Below are positions 21,718 through 32,621 of a stretch of DNA of 64,000 nucleotides, one piece after another. A model generated the notes under the pieces. That model was not told where the DNA came from. It worked only from the letters and a program-made list of their open reading frames with translations, and searched no databases. The DNA is taken from positions 224,001 to 288,000 of the forward strand of contig CALUHR010000005.1 of the NCBI GenBank assembly GCA_944320495.1. The letters run 5' to 3'. The first letter of the stretch is position 1. Each line of letters begins with the position of its first letter. The DNA comes from Candidatus Methanomethylophilaceae archaeon (GTDB taxonomy: Archaea; Thermoplasmatota; Thermoplasmata; Methanomassiliicoccales; Methanomethylophilaceae). A program made the position numbers and the translations under genes.

Positions 21718-22020
21718 ATGCTGGACCTCGTACTGGCGATCGGCGCGGTGAGCGTGTTCCTGCTCATCATCCCGCTGATCCTGATGCTCGTGTTCATAAT
21801 GCAGGGCCGTATCGTTCCCGCAGTCGTCTGCGGTGCGATCCTGCTGTTCCTGCTGAGCCCCACGCTGGCACTCATCCTTCTCCTGGTTGGTGCCATCGCC
21901 AGCCTGCTGATAGGCCGGCCCGATCTGTCGAAGGCTTGCGCCCTGACATTCATCGGCATACTCCTGGTGTATGTCGTCCTGATGGTCGTCGGCGTCGTGA
22001 CCATCGTCGCCATCTCGTGA
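21718..22020 (+). CDS. Small multi-pass membrane protein
   Basis: 100 aa, almost entirely hydrophobic, with GGAGG upstream. Confidence 0.7.
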   Translation: MLDLVLAIGAVSVFLLIIPLILMLVFIMQGRIVPAVVCGAILLFLLSPTLALILLLVGAIASLLIGRPDLSKACALTFIGILLVYVVLMVVGVVTIVAIS

Positions 22021-22779
22021 CGGCGACGGCCCCTCCGATCCGAGGGGCAAACTCCTTCCTTCCGACCTACCAATTTCTTGTTAGTGCCACTTTTTTCCTC
22101 GATTAACGTCCGGAATTGAAAACAGTGAGACGCTTTTCCCGAGTTAGTGGGGATTTTTTCTGCGATTAAGGGGAAACACGGATGTCCGTCAAAGGAGCGG
22201 TCGCACAGGAAACCCGGACATCCGTTTCGCAGGCGCATTGGTAATCGACCACTGATTATAAAAGGGATGGGCGGACGAAGAGGAATCGGAACGTCCGCCC
22301 TCGGATCCGCTGGATTCTTTGGGAGCACCCGGAGCGGATCCCGGCCACAAAGGCTCTACAGAGTGACCGTATGTCCAGATGCGACCGGGTATTTATTCCG
22401 CCCGATGGAACCCCCAGAGAGGGGGCGGGTGCGTCAAGAAGGAGGACCGCACCCGCCCGCCGCCATCGGGATGATTGAATGGGATGCACGCTCCGACGAC
22501 AATAGGTCAAGAAGCATTTCCCGATGTCGGATGGATAATGGATAGTGACCGAACTATAAATTCCGTTCGATGGGAAGCCGGGGTGTCCCATCCTTGTCCA
22601 GTACCTTCCATCCGGACACCCCGGCACCGGTGCGTGTCTCTCCCCCAGAGGTAACAACATGGGGCACCGGGTCGCTGCTCTTCCAGAATGCGACGTCCCT
22701 CGAATTGCGTCGCCGTATAAAGATTGAGCGGTCACAACCGATGGTGACCGAACCAACACTCGCATTTCCGCACATCCCA

Positions 22780-22802
22780 TTCATAAACGCTTCCCATCAC
22801 AT
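22780..22802 (+). promoter_or_regulatory. Element promoter-like motif copy 4
   Basis: TTCATAAACGCTTCCCATCACAT upstream of the ATPase operon. Confidence 0.6.
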
Positions 22803-22912
22803 CGTTCCAGCGGCCGTCCCCCGTTGAAAACCGGCACCCCCGAATCGCAAACATCTTCCGCGAAGCGGAAGGAGCGTGATACGATCGAACAGCACACCCT
22901 CCCGAAGGTGAT

Positions 22913-23866
22913 GTGATGGATCTCTTGGGACTGTATCCTTTCATCGCCATCGGATGCGCCATATTCGGACTATTCGTGGGCAGCTGGTGCAAACGCCGCA
23001 CCCAGGTGATAGTCCCCTTCAACGATCCCCTCTCGTGGACGTTGCTCCTGATGGTGTTCGTCATCCTGCTGATGCCGGACCTCAAGCCCGAATGGGCGTT
23101 CATCGACCCCTACGACCTCAACCACGACGCCTGCCTGATCGGCTTCTTCGTCATGTACATCTACGGATACTGCAAGGAGGAGCTCCTGATGGAGTTCGTC
23201 TCCGCCCATGACATCTTCAAGCTCAAGCAGGAGATCAAGCCCATCGCCTACTACTTCAACGACGAGGCCCAGCTCTGCTGGCAGCCGCAGTCCATGAGGT
23301 ACGTCCTCAAGAGGCTGATCTTCAACGTCGACAATCCCCTGGACTACGACTTCAGCAACATCAACCGCCGCCGCTTCGTCGAGTTCCAGGGTAAGTTCCT
23401 GAAGATGTCCGCCTATGTGGTGGACACCGCCAAGATGACCGAGAAGGTGGAGTACGTCTACAAGTGGCGTCTCAAGTTCAAGGTCATCAAGCTCCACTTC
23501 GATCCCTCTCCGGTGAACTCCTTCGACATGTACGACTTCTACGTCGAGGGGAAGATCGCCAACGAGTACGTCCAGAACTACCAGCGTCTCAAGGTCCAGA
23601 ACGCCAACTCCTCGGCGGACATGAGGATGGCCAGGATCCTCGGGGTCGTGGACCTCATGGAGGGACTCACTAGCATGACACCCGACGCCGTCGTCATGGA
23701 CCGCCTCATATCCGACATGGACGCCAGGAACGGCGTCACCACCGAGGGCGACGTCCGCCGCGCGGACAGGTCCGGCAAGCAGAGCGCGAAGGCCAGGAAT
23801 CGCGTCCAGCGCATGGCCAGGGAGATGCAGTCCGAGGAGGTGAACGACGATGCCTCTGATGAGCGA
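22913..23866 (+). CDS. Membrane protein of the ATPase operon (ends at CGA 23864-23866; standard-code end 24406)
   Basis: N-terminal TM helices and a soluble C-terminal part. Past the CGA the ORF runs out of frame inside the next gene. Confidence 0.7.
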
Positions 23867-25121
23867 CGACCCCTACATGATGGGCCCGCCCCGCTCCCAC
23901 GTCATCACAGAGCAGCCGGACCTCAACACCACCGAGATCACATCCTACGGATCGGCGTACATGGACGTCAAGGCCGCCCTGTACCTCCTGGACCAGATGA
24001 TCGAGGAGGCCGACGAGCGGTACACCCGCGCCCTGGCCTCCATGTACGGCCAGAGATACGAGGAAACGAGGGAGATCCTCACCCGCAAGTCCATGTTCCT
24101 CGCATCCCCCAAGCCGAAGGTCCAGAGCTACGAGGAGATGCAGGCCGTCAAGGTGGCCAAGGAGATCTACCGCAAGGCGTCCACCCTCAGGGACCTCAAA
24201 CAGCTCCGCAAGGAGGTGGAGGCCTACGGCACGATGGTGGGCACCCAGGAGTACGGCGAGAGGATGCTCGAGAACGGGCTGTCCAACGACGTCTCCCGCA
24301 CCGTCTTCAAGAAGAGGGCGGCCAAGGGACTCACGAACAACTACGAGTCCATCAAGGCCATGAGGGAGGGCCGTCTGAACGACGGACTCGACGAGCAGCA
24401 GCGTAGGATGGAGAGGATGGCCAGACTCATCCTCATGGCGAACGAGTTCGACGACGCGGAGAGAGGCTACCCCGAGGAACCCGACGTCGGAAGGCTCAGA
24501 CGCGCCAGCGGTGCCCCGGCGACGGTACCCGTCGCCAATCCCGAACCCATAAGGGCCGTGGCCAACGACGACTACGAGGAACCCGACGAGGGCATCGACA
24601 TGGGCATCCTTGACCTCATCACCACCTACTCGGACGGATTCGAGGAGGAGGAAGAGGAGGAATCTGAGGAGACTCCCGCCGACGTCCCCGAGGGACCCGA
24701 GCCGGAGGAACCGCTCCGCATAGCCCCGGTCGCCAGCTCGATGGAGGATGTCCTTAACTCGATCCCGAAGGAGACGCCCAAGGAGTACATCGCACCCGCA
24801 GCCAGCTCGATGGAGGACGTTCTGAAATCCATCCCGAGGACCGAGCCCGAGAGGGAGATGATCGGCCCGATCTCCGAGGCCGACCGCACCCGCATCGACG
24901 CCCTCCGCGGACAGCGTGTCGAGCGTCTTCCCCCGGTCAGCAGCAGCATCGAGGACATCCTGGACGTCATGGATAGGATAGACGCCCTGGACCGCTCCGA
25001 CGCCGAGGACGACTACATCAAGTGGATGCTCAGGCAGAACCTCGAGAAGGGCCGCACCGAGCAGATCGACAGCGAGGAGGACGGCGGCGTCGTCATCATA
25101 AGGCAGGAGGGATCCGAATGA
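23850..25121 (+). CDS. Hypothetical helical protein with acidic repetitive C-terminal half
   Basis: GGAGGTG RBS, a poly-Glu stretch and three ASSMEDVL/SSIEDIL repeats. Confidence 0.75.
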   Translation: MPLMSDDPYMMGPPRSHVITEQPDLNTTEITSYGSAYMDVKAALYLLDQMIEEADERYTRALASMYGQRYEETREILTRKSMFLASPKPKVQSYEEMQAVKVAKEIYRKASTLRDLKQLRKEVEAYGTMVGTQEYGERMLENGLSNDVSRTVFKKRAAKGLTNNYESIKAMREGRLNDGLDEQQRRMERMARLILMANEFDDAERGYPEEPDVGRLRRASGAPATVPVANPEPIRAVANDDYEEPDEGIDMGILDLITTYSDGFEEEEEEESEETPADVPEGPEPEEPLRIAPVASSMEDVLNSIPKETPKEYIAPAASSMEDVLKSIPRTEPEREMIGPISEADRTRIDALRGQRVERLPPVSSSIEDILDVMDRIDALDRSDAEDDYIKWMLRQNLEKGRTEQIDSEEDGGVVIIRQEGSE

Positions 25122-25486
25122 GCAACCTGTTCATCCAGGTCACCCCGGACGCCCTCAACGCCTACAACGACCTGAGGTACTACTACTCCGTCGGCGACTA
25201 CAACGCCACCTACCTCCGCGTCTTCGAGACCTATCTCAGCCCCCTGTTCAAGGAGGACTTCCTCGTGAAGGACAAGCTCTACGAGGAGGTCTCCCGCCTC
25301 TATCCCCTGCCGGACGAGGACGACGACTGCCAGTACATCTCCGCCAGGGCCTACCTGCTCTACATGAGGGCGTACGAGAAGATCATGCGCCAGAAGGGCA
25401 TCATCGGCGGATGGGACGACGGCGAGGCCGTGGCCGAGCAGACCGACATGAGGGTCATCGACCCGATGGTGGAGTACAGGAGGCGA
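25118..25486 (+). CDS. Hypothetical protein (ends at CGA 25484-25486; standard-code end 25552)
   Basis: ATGA coupling to the upstream gene; CGATG junction with the next gene. Confidence 0.7.
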
Positions 25487-25782
25487 TGCCGATGGACTAC
25501 CACACCAACATGGTCGGATACGTCGGCAGGCTCCGCATCGTCAGCCCCATAAGGCTCGACATGTCCGTCGACGGCAACGGCCTCTGCCGTGTCCTCGAAC
25601 CCGACATGCGCCTTGACGGCATCGGCACCTGCCCGGACGAGGCCCTCAACGAGTTCATGGGCGAGGTCCTCTTCGCCTGGGACGCCTTCGTTAAGGATGA
25701 TATCGGCAAGTTGGATGACTCTGCCAAAGAACTCCGCTCGTGGCTTCTCTCCCACTTCGAGGAGATCGGGGGTGAGAGCCGA
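25486..25782 (+). CDS. HicB-like protein (ends at CGA 25780-25782; standard-code end 26061)
   Basis: IVSPIRL...LDGIGTCPDEALNEF...LRSWLLSH pattern, GGAGG RBS, CGATG junction. Confidence 0.6.
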
Positions 25783-27488
25783 TGGAGGACGTGGAGGCGT
25801 GGGAATGGCACGAGCAGCACCGTCTCGGAAGGAAGATCATCGGCGACATCTACGTCGAGGACGCCTTCGATCCCGATTCCGATGGGCCGGAGGACGACGA
25901 CATCGACTTCGAGGATGACGTCCTCGGATTCGATCCCGAAACAGCCGAGCAGCAGCAGGACGAGGTACCTGTCCCCGAGTGGATCAACTCCGCCATCGAC
26001 GTGGACAAGCTCATGTCGGACATCTTCCGCCCCGGCACCAACCACGTCACCGACGGGATGAGGGGCGGAGGCAAGACCCATCAGGCCGTCGCCTACACCG
26101 AATACATGGTGGAGGGCCGCTTCAAGGGGATGCCACGCGTCATCATGCTCACCAACATCATCTTCGTCAAGAGGGTGAGCTTCGAGGGCGACCTCGAGGA
26201 TCAGTTCGTCATGGAGGACCCGCCCGGCGTCCACCACGTCACCAGCATGGAGCAGATGTTCCGCATACAGACGAAGATGATGAGGCGCTACGGCAGGGAG
26301 GGCGTGATGTTCATGCTCGTGCTCGACGAGGCGCAGAACTTCCTGTTGGCGGACGAGTACCAGCAGGACACCTCCATCGCCTTCATCAAGTTCTACGGGA
26401 CCACCAGGAAGTTCAACACCTGCATCTGGCTCCTGACCCCTTCGATCAACAACCTCCCTCCCAGGGCCAGGAACTTCCTCGATGCGGACCCCGCCGGCTA
26501 CGTCTCCTGCCAGTGGAGGAAGAACAAGCAGCTCGCCGCCCAGTACATCGCGGCCAACCACATAGAGAACGCCGATGTCCGCGAGTTCACCACCATGAAG
26601 ATGGGTGCCAACATGGCCCCCGTCTGGTTCAGGATAACCACGACACCGTGGACGCGCCCCCTTGAGGAGTTGGGAATAGGCGAGTACGGCTACGACCATC
26701 TCGCCAACGCCGACTTCAAGGTCAGCATCGACGACAACAACCCCTTCGACTTCAAGGCGTTCATGGAGGCGACCTCGGACATGCCCTCCTACCGCATGGC
26801 GACGGTCATGCAGGAGTTCTTCGACAGGATGGACGGCAAGTCCGCCGACCCGGACGCGCCCCCCGAGGACGACCCCAAGGCCGAGAGGACGGCAGAGATC
26901 CTCAGGATGAGGGAAATCGGCCTGACCTTCGATCAGATAGAGTTCGTCACGGGGGTGGCGGCATCGACCTGCCGCTATTGGATCAACAGATACGGCTCCG
27001 CAAATCCGGCCGCACAAGCGGCCGACAGTCCCAAGGGGGCGGGGGGCGGAGACCCCGCCCAACCCAAGCGCGGGAACCGCTCTAGGAATACTCCTAGAGT
27101 GGGTTCCCGCGCGGGTAAGAAGGGGCTGAAAACACCTCCGAAAAGGCTGAAGAGGGACTCTGCTCTAGAAAAGCTAGAGTTGCTGAAAAATGACACAGCC
27201 AGATCTTTGAGCAGCAGCAACGCAACCACCCCGTTTTCGCGCCCTTATATGTATAATCCTAGAGAGGGGGAGGAGGACGGGGGGTCTCGCGGAAAGTTGC
27301 CGATTGACCCCCAACCGGTTGGCGGACGGTTGGCAGCCGAGACACCCCTAGAGGGGGAGGATTCGGCTGACCTAAACCATGATGAGGATGAATCGTTCGA
27401 CGACGGGGTATGGGGCTACGGCGAAGATGGGGGATCCGATGACGGGGAACCCTACGACGTCGGGGAGGAATACGAAGAGGCGGAGCGA
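25782..27488 (+). CDS. Zot/pleolipovirus-type P-loop ATPase with C-terminal HTH and disordered tail (CGA 27486; standard-code end 27506)
   Basis: Walker A GMRGGGKT, LTNI, Walker B MLVLDEAQ, GTTRK motif, and HTH LTFDQIEFVTGVAASTCRYW. Confidence 0.8.
27068..27112. other. Long inverted repeat within the ATPase tail region
   Basis: GCGCGGGAACCGCTCTAGGA-ATAC-TCCTAGAGTGGGTTCCCGCGC. Confidence 0.8.
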
Positions 27489-27509
27489 TCTCCGCGGGAA
27501 GAGTGAAAC

Positions 27510-28610
27510 ATGAGGGATGGGAAGATGAGCAACAGCAAACGGAAGGATGACGACCCGCTCTCCTACGGGAGCGTGATGGCCGTGTGGATGGGGAAGTCCT
27601 ACCGCATCCCCGTCGATGCGGACGGATACGTGCCCATGGAGGCCCTGGTCATGCGCTATCAGCAGATGGGGAACAACGGAAGGGACAAGGGAAGGGACTC
27701 GGACATAGTGTTCCCCTCCCATGTCAGGCCGAAGGAGATCGTCAGATGGTGGGCGGACCCGTCCTCGTGCGACATCGAGGGCATCGACACCCGCGACTCC
27801 AAGGTGTACGACGTCTCCGGCCTGAAGGGAAGGCGCATGAAGGCCGCCCAGAGGAAGATCGGGATAGTCACCCCTTCCGCCGACGAACAGAGACGCATAC
27901 GCAGGATCCTCTCGGAGGCGTTCACCGCCGCCGAGCTGGACGCCATGACGAGGGAGGGGTCCTTCGTCATCCGCACCCGCCCGAACTGCGGGAGCGTGAT
28001 GGGATACTACCTCAGGAAGGCCGACGGCCAGGAGATCCCCCTCATAACCTTGGAGGAGGGCGTGTCCCCGGACACCGTCGTCCACGAGACCGTCCACCAC
28101 GCAAGGACGTGCAGGAGGTCGGGCAAGTACACCAGGACGGCGTTCCCCATGAAGGGCGGAAGGCTGGACGAGGCGTACTACGGACTGAGCCAGCAGCAGC
28201 GCGACATGATCAACGACGCCGAGGAGACGGAGACGACAGCCGAGGCGACAGCGAGGACCAAGAGGGACCCCTGCCCCACCGGGTATTGGGACAATGTCGG
28301 CGGAAGGGAGGCGTACATCCGCGACAAGACCGCCCTCGCAAGGTCGTGCGGCGGAGGGGACTGCACCCTGAAGGGGGCCAAGGCCGTCAGGACCGTGGAG
28401 AAGCAGTACGACAAGCTGGACATCGCGATGGCGTCTATCATGGCTGACGTCCCCGCGAAGGAGTCCGCCGCGAGGATCGCCAAGGGTTCCGCGTCCGGTA
28501 GGCCGAAGACGAAGACGGCAGCAACAGCGAAATCCAAGAGCCAGACTCCGAAGAAGACCACGAAGGCAAAGAGCCAGACATCCAAAACCAAGGGGAAAGG
28601 GACGAGGCGA
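27510..28610 (+). CDS. SDIxGID-family domain plus HExxH metallopeptidase-like domain and basic tail (CGA 28608; standard-code end 28658)
   Basis: WWADPSSCDIEGID, VVHETVHH and a K-rich tail ending KGKGTR. Confidence 0.7.
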
Positions 28611-28825
28611 CCCCTCTCCCTTTCCAAGGTTCCGTTCCTTAAACCGCTTGGCCCCTGAAGCGACCTTATACTCCCGATCCGATGTTCTTCCGCCTACGAC
28701 GTCGCTCACCTCGGACGTCTCCCCGCGGGCACCATCGGTCTGTCATTCCTCTTATGGTCTCCTTGCCCCGCGGGGCGGGCTTTCTGACGATTCTTCGGAC
28801 ATCCCACGCGGTTCCTCCCATTCGG

Positions 28826-28848
28826 TTCATAAACGGTTCGCATCCCAT
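28826..28848 (+). promoter_or_regulatory. Element promoter-like motif copy 5
   Basis: TTCATAAACGGTTCGCATCCCAT upstream of ATG 28960. Confidence 0.55.
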
Positions 28849-28959
28849 CGTCCCGTTGCACCTCACCCCCGATAACATCCCCTTCCGATGTCAGCACATG
28901 TCTCACCTCGGACCGACTGCCAGGCTCACCGTTTCTTTGACCACCCCGGAGGCCGGCGC

Positions 28960-29640
28960 ATGAGATCCATGAGGGTGACACTCCCCCAGGCGCTCCGCAG
29001 GCAGCGCCCCTGGGGTTTCTCCGATCCCTCCGTGGTCATGGTGGACCTCACCGGCCACGTGTCCCTCGAATCCCCCGTCGGCTCCCCCTACGGGGTCGGC
29101 GACGAGCTCTCCGACGGGAGGTTCGACTGCGGGATGTTCTCCAAGATGGGTTCCCTCCACGAGAGGGTCGCCTACCTCCACGGCTGTGGGTACTCCGCCG
29201 TCCCCGCGGGCGACGGGTTCGCCGTCCGCTTCGAGGACGACGCCCCGTCCGTCGATTCCGAGGATGAAGTCCGCACCGTAGTCTACGAGTGGGAGACCCG
29301 CAGGCAGAGGCTGCCCACGGAGTCGATCTCCGGATGCCCGTTCAAACTCTGCCCAGATGCCAGGGTCGCCTACGCCATCGTGGAGTACGAGGGGGACCAT
29401 CCGCACATGTCCCTGGCCGCAGAGTACGTCGCGTCGATGGACGCGGTGGACGGGAGGAACTCCTACTCCCCGTCCGAGATGTCCGACGCGATAGATTCCG
29501 TCAGGGCGGTGTCCGATGCCGACTCCCATTTCATGGCCACCGCCGCGATGGACGTGGCCGACGCGTCCGAGAGGATCCTCGACGAGACCAAGGGCGACTA
29601 CCTCGCGAAGCTCTCCGAGAAGATGCGCAGATTCGTGTGA
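28960..29640 (+). CDS. Hypothetical acidic protein
   Basis: GGAGG RBS and strong C/G third-position codon bias. Confidence 0.7.
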   Translation: MRSMRVTLPQALRRQRPWGFSDPSVVMVDLTGHVSLESPVGSPYGVGDELSDGRFDCGMFSKMGSLHERVAYLHGCGYSAVPAGDGFAVRFEDDAPSVDSEDEVRTVVYEWETRRQRLPTESISGCPFKLCPDARVAYAIVEYEGDHPHMSLAAEYVASMDAVDGRNSYSPSEMSDAIDSVRAVSDADSHFMATAAMDVADASERILDETKGDYLAKLSEKMRRFV

Positions 29641-30007
29641 GTCTGGCACATCGCCCTTCCCAAAACCTCTTGACCTTCTCCAAACGCTTGAACGGTTATC
29701 CCGCCCCCGTATCCCGAACTTCTCTAGAAGGCATGCCTCCTGCCCTTCGGCGATTGCGGATCAGTTGACCGAACACGTTAAAGACCCGTTCGGAGGCAGA
29801 TGCGGCGATCTCCGGATCGGAACTCTCCGAACCTGAGATCGGAGTGATAGAATGCTCGGATGGAGAGGTAAGAGAAAGCCCACCCCGGAAAACGGAAGGA
29901 CAGACGCCCAATCAAACAACATACGTCCACCCTTCCCCAAAGCATCCAGGGACGGCAGATTCTCGAAAGCCGCATGGGGACTTAATGATTCCGTTCACAG
30001 GTTTATC

Positions 30008-30313
30008 ATGGGGTCTTCGCTTAGTGACGTAATCCAGAATGATGACGTCCTATGCAAGGAGCTGGAAAACATGATCTATGGGTGGAGAACTCTTGATGAA
30101 CTGGTCATCCAGCTCATTTTCTTCCTCAGAGGGCTGGGACCCAGCAACATGTGTCGCGATGTCACATTGAACGCACTCCGCATCATGGCCGATCAGAGTT
30201 TTATCGAATTGGACGAGAGTGGATTGTATGAAACCCTCACCCAACTGGACCATCATCTCATAACCGAATCGGAGGCCTTGGATCTCATCCCGAGGTTCAT
30301 CAGGATCCTCTGA
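30008..30313 (+). CDS. Hypothetical protein, lower GC
   Basis: Protein-like helical sequence with a different codon style. Confidence 0.4.
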   Translation: MGSSLSDVIQNDDVLCKELENMIYGWRTLDELVIQLIFFLRGLGPSNMCRDVTLNALRIMADQSFIELDESGLYETLTQLDHHLITESEALDLIPRFIRIL

Positions 30314-30357
30314 AACACTTGACGACGGGACGACCCCACCCGTCCCGTCACCAGAGT

Positions 30358-30615
30358 TCAGAGTTCGTTCCCGTGAAGAACCCAATCTACATGTCTGCGG
30401 ATTTCGTCGATGCGTGCGAACACGCGATGTCTCTCGCGGAACCGTCTCTGGCGTTCCACCCTTCTGGAATACTCTATCCAGTCACACGGACTGAAAGGGC
30501 TGTAACTGCGTCTGCCCTCTTCGAAGTCGCGGATTTCGTACTGGTACACCGCCGCCTCCCTGGCCGAATCCCTGTACCATTTCGGGACTTCCCAGACATA
30601 GGGGGTCCACATCAT
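30358..30615 (-). CDS. Small hypothetical protein
   Basis: MMWTPYVWEVPKWY... 85-aa ORF with weak support. Confidence 0.3.
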   Translation of the reverse strand: MMWTPYVWEVPKWYRDSAREAAVYQYEIRDFEEGRRSYSPFSPCDWIEYSRRVERQRRFRERHRVFARIDEIRRHVDWVLHGNEL

Positions 30616-30850
30616 GTACCCACGTTTCTGGTAGAATCTCATCCTCGGACAGGAACAGCGATGGCTGCATAGCCTATGCAGTATCGCCCCGATGGAATTG
30701 CCATCCTCCATGATTGAATCAGCCGACGGCATCCTATATAACGGTCCGCCGCGGCCGGCGGACACCTCCGATCTTCGACGTCTGGCTATGTCTCCCGGAG
30801 CGGCCTTCGGGACCCCTATCGGACGGGTTCCGACGCCCTTTCGGGGACGG

Positions 30851-30873
30851 TTCATAAACGGTTCCCATGACAT
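30851..30873 (+). promoter_or_regulatory. Element promoter-like motif copy 6
   Basis: TTCATAAACGGTTCCCATGACAT. Confidence 0.5.
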
Positions 30874-31136
30874 CATGTACGCAGGCCCCGCCCCCGTCTT
30901 CAATGGGTCCGCCGCTCCGCCGCTTCCGGATCGGCGGTTCGGCGGGATCCCGCGGGAATCCAGCGCGTACGCCGTATAAGAAGGTCTTCGGAAGACGGCA
31001 GAAGCGGGACGGCGAGCAAATGTATCGAAATCTCTCCGCCCCGATGCGATGATAGGACGTCCGGTTATAAGGATTGGGACATCCCAAGTTCCAGAGTTGA
31101 CGCATCTCGCCATGACCCAAGAGTTGTTTTAGGACG

Positions 31137-31640
31137 TTGTCAATCCAACTCGGGGATTGGATGCGCAGAATATCGTTGATTCGCAGAAGGAAGGCGGTGT
31201 CGGAATCCAGACGCTATGATGCCACCACGAGGAGCTGCGTGAACAGGATCATCAGGGACAACATGGTCATCAACGGGTTCCCAGAGGGTGACCCGGAGGT
31301 GGACGGCCCGAGATTCGTTCGCTACGAGGGTGCCATACAGGGGCTGTGCGATGCCCTGATGATGGACTCCGATCCGGTGGCCAGGGCGGCGGTATGCCTG
31401 GATTACATCCTGAACATGCATCCGTTCGTCGATGGGAACAAGCGCACCGGGCTGGCAGTCGCCTCCAGATTCATAACGTCGGCGCACCGCAGACTTCCGC
31501 TCGATGATGAGGACACCTATCTCTTCGTCAGGCGGATAGCGGCCGAAGGGCTGACGAGATACGAGATCGAGGCTTGGCTGCGCGAGAACACGGTCGGCAA
31601 TCCTTCAGCTTCGAGAAGACGTACTGGAAATGGTCCATGA
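31137..31640 (+). CDS. doc: Fic/Doc family toxin
   Basis: Canonical HPFVDGNKRTG motif. Confidence 0.9.
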   Translation: MSIQLGDWMRRISLIRRRKAVSESRRYDATTRSCVNRIIRDNMVINGFPEGDPEVDGPRFVRYEGAIQGLCDALMMDSDPVARAAVCLDYILNMHPFVDGNKRTGLAVASRFITSAHRRLPLDDEDTYLFVRRIAAEGLTRYEIEAWLRENTVGNPSASRRRTGNGP

Positions 31641-32129
31641 TCTCATAGAGCCTTCCGTCTCCCCCTTCGAGGAGAGGGTCCAGTCTGGAAGCGTCCACCG
31701 ACATGTCCCTTCTGCGGATGCTGCGACTCTCTCCGTTCATCGCATTTCGATAGACGGGATCCGTATTTCTCTTTGACGGGACCGCACCGCTTGTGCGGTC
31801 CCAATCCAAAACACTAGAGCGAGCGGAATAAATACCATGACCTCCCAATTACCACCGAGGCCCTCGGCGGCACCGGGACCCGACTAAACGCCCCCCACCT
31901 ACCGGATACGTGGAGAGGGGTGCGGGTCTGCCATCGGACCGGAGATCAAAACCGGAGCATCCGGATGAACAGCAACGACCAGCAGCCGTGTATGACGCTG
32001 GGATAGGAACAGTGCGGCAACAGGAGTTGAACCCAGGATGACAGCCGGGAGCTGCATCATGGGCAGCCCAGGCTTCAGCCGCGCTGTTCATGATTCTGAC
32101 ACCGCCGTCCCCTACGAGGGGGCGGTTGC

Positions 32130-32405
32130 ATGACGGAGCCCTATCAGGGCCAGCTCTTGGACCATGAGGTCTACCGCGTCGCGCTCTCCGACCGCTCCAA
32201 GGTGGCGGCCAGGGTGCGCGACTTCATCGCCGCCGATTCCGTCACGATAGAATCCGACGGCCATGAGTGGTGGTTCGAACCGGTCCGCGGCGCGGGGCGC
32301 ATCCGTCCCTCCAAGGAGGTGTACGCGTGGATCGCACGCTACCTCTCGCGGACGTACGGGCTGCGCCACAGGGGTCCGAAGCCCGAGATGGCTTCGGACG
32401 AGTGA
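32130..32405 (+). CDS. Small hypothetical protein
   Basis: Coding-like codon bias and a purine-rich RBS. Confidence 0.55.
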   Translation: MTEPYQGQLLDHEVYRVALSDRSKVAARVRDFIAADSVTIESDGHEWWFEPVRGAGRIRPSKEVYAWIARYLSRTYGLRHRGPKPEMASDE

Positions 32406-32621
32406 TTTCTTGGGCATCTTCTCCAGCGGCGGAACGATCGGTCCGGACTAACGGATACTCGACGGGACCGCCCGCCGCGGGGCCCTACCCGGGTGCGCTC
32501 GACCCTCCCTTCTCGGGGTCACGGGGCGCGAAAGGGCGAATCCGTACGAAGCAGACCCGCAGGCCGCGAATGACGCGGGGACAGGAACAGTGCGGCCGGA
32601 CGAATTGGGAGAGAAGGAAAG

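Noticed and set aside
22913-27506. Conjugative type IV secretion locus
   Set aside because: The ATPase core is too short for VirB4, and I recognised no relaxase or coupling protein in the window.
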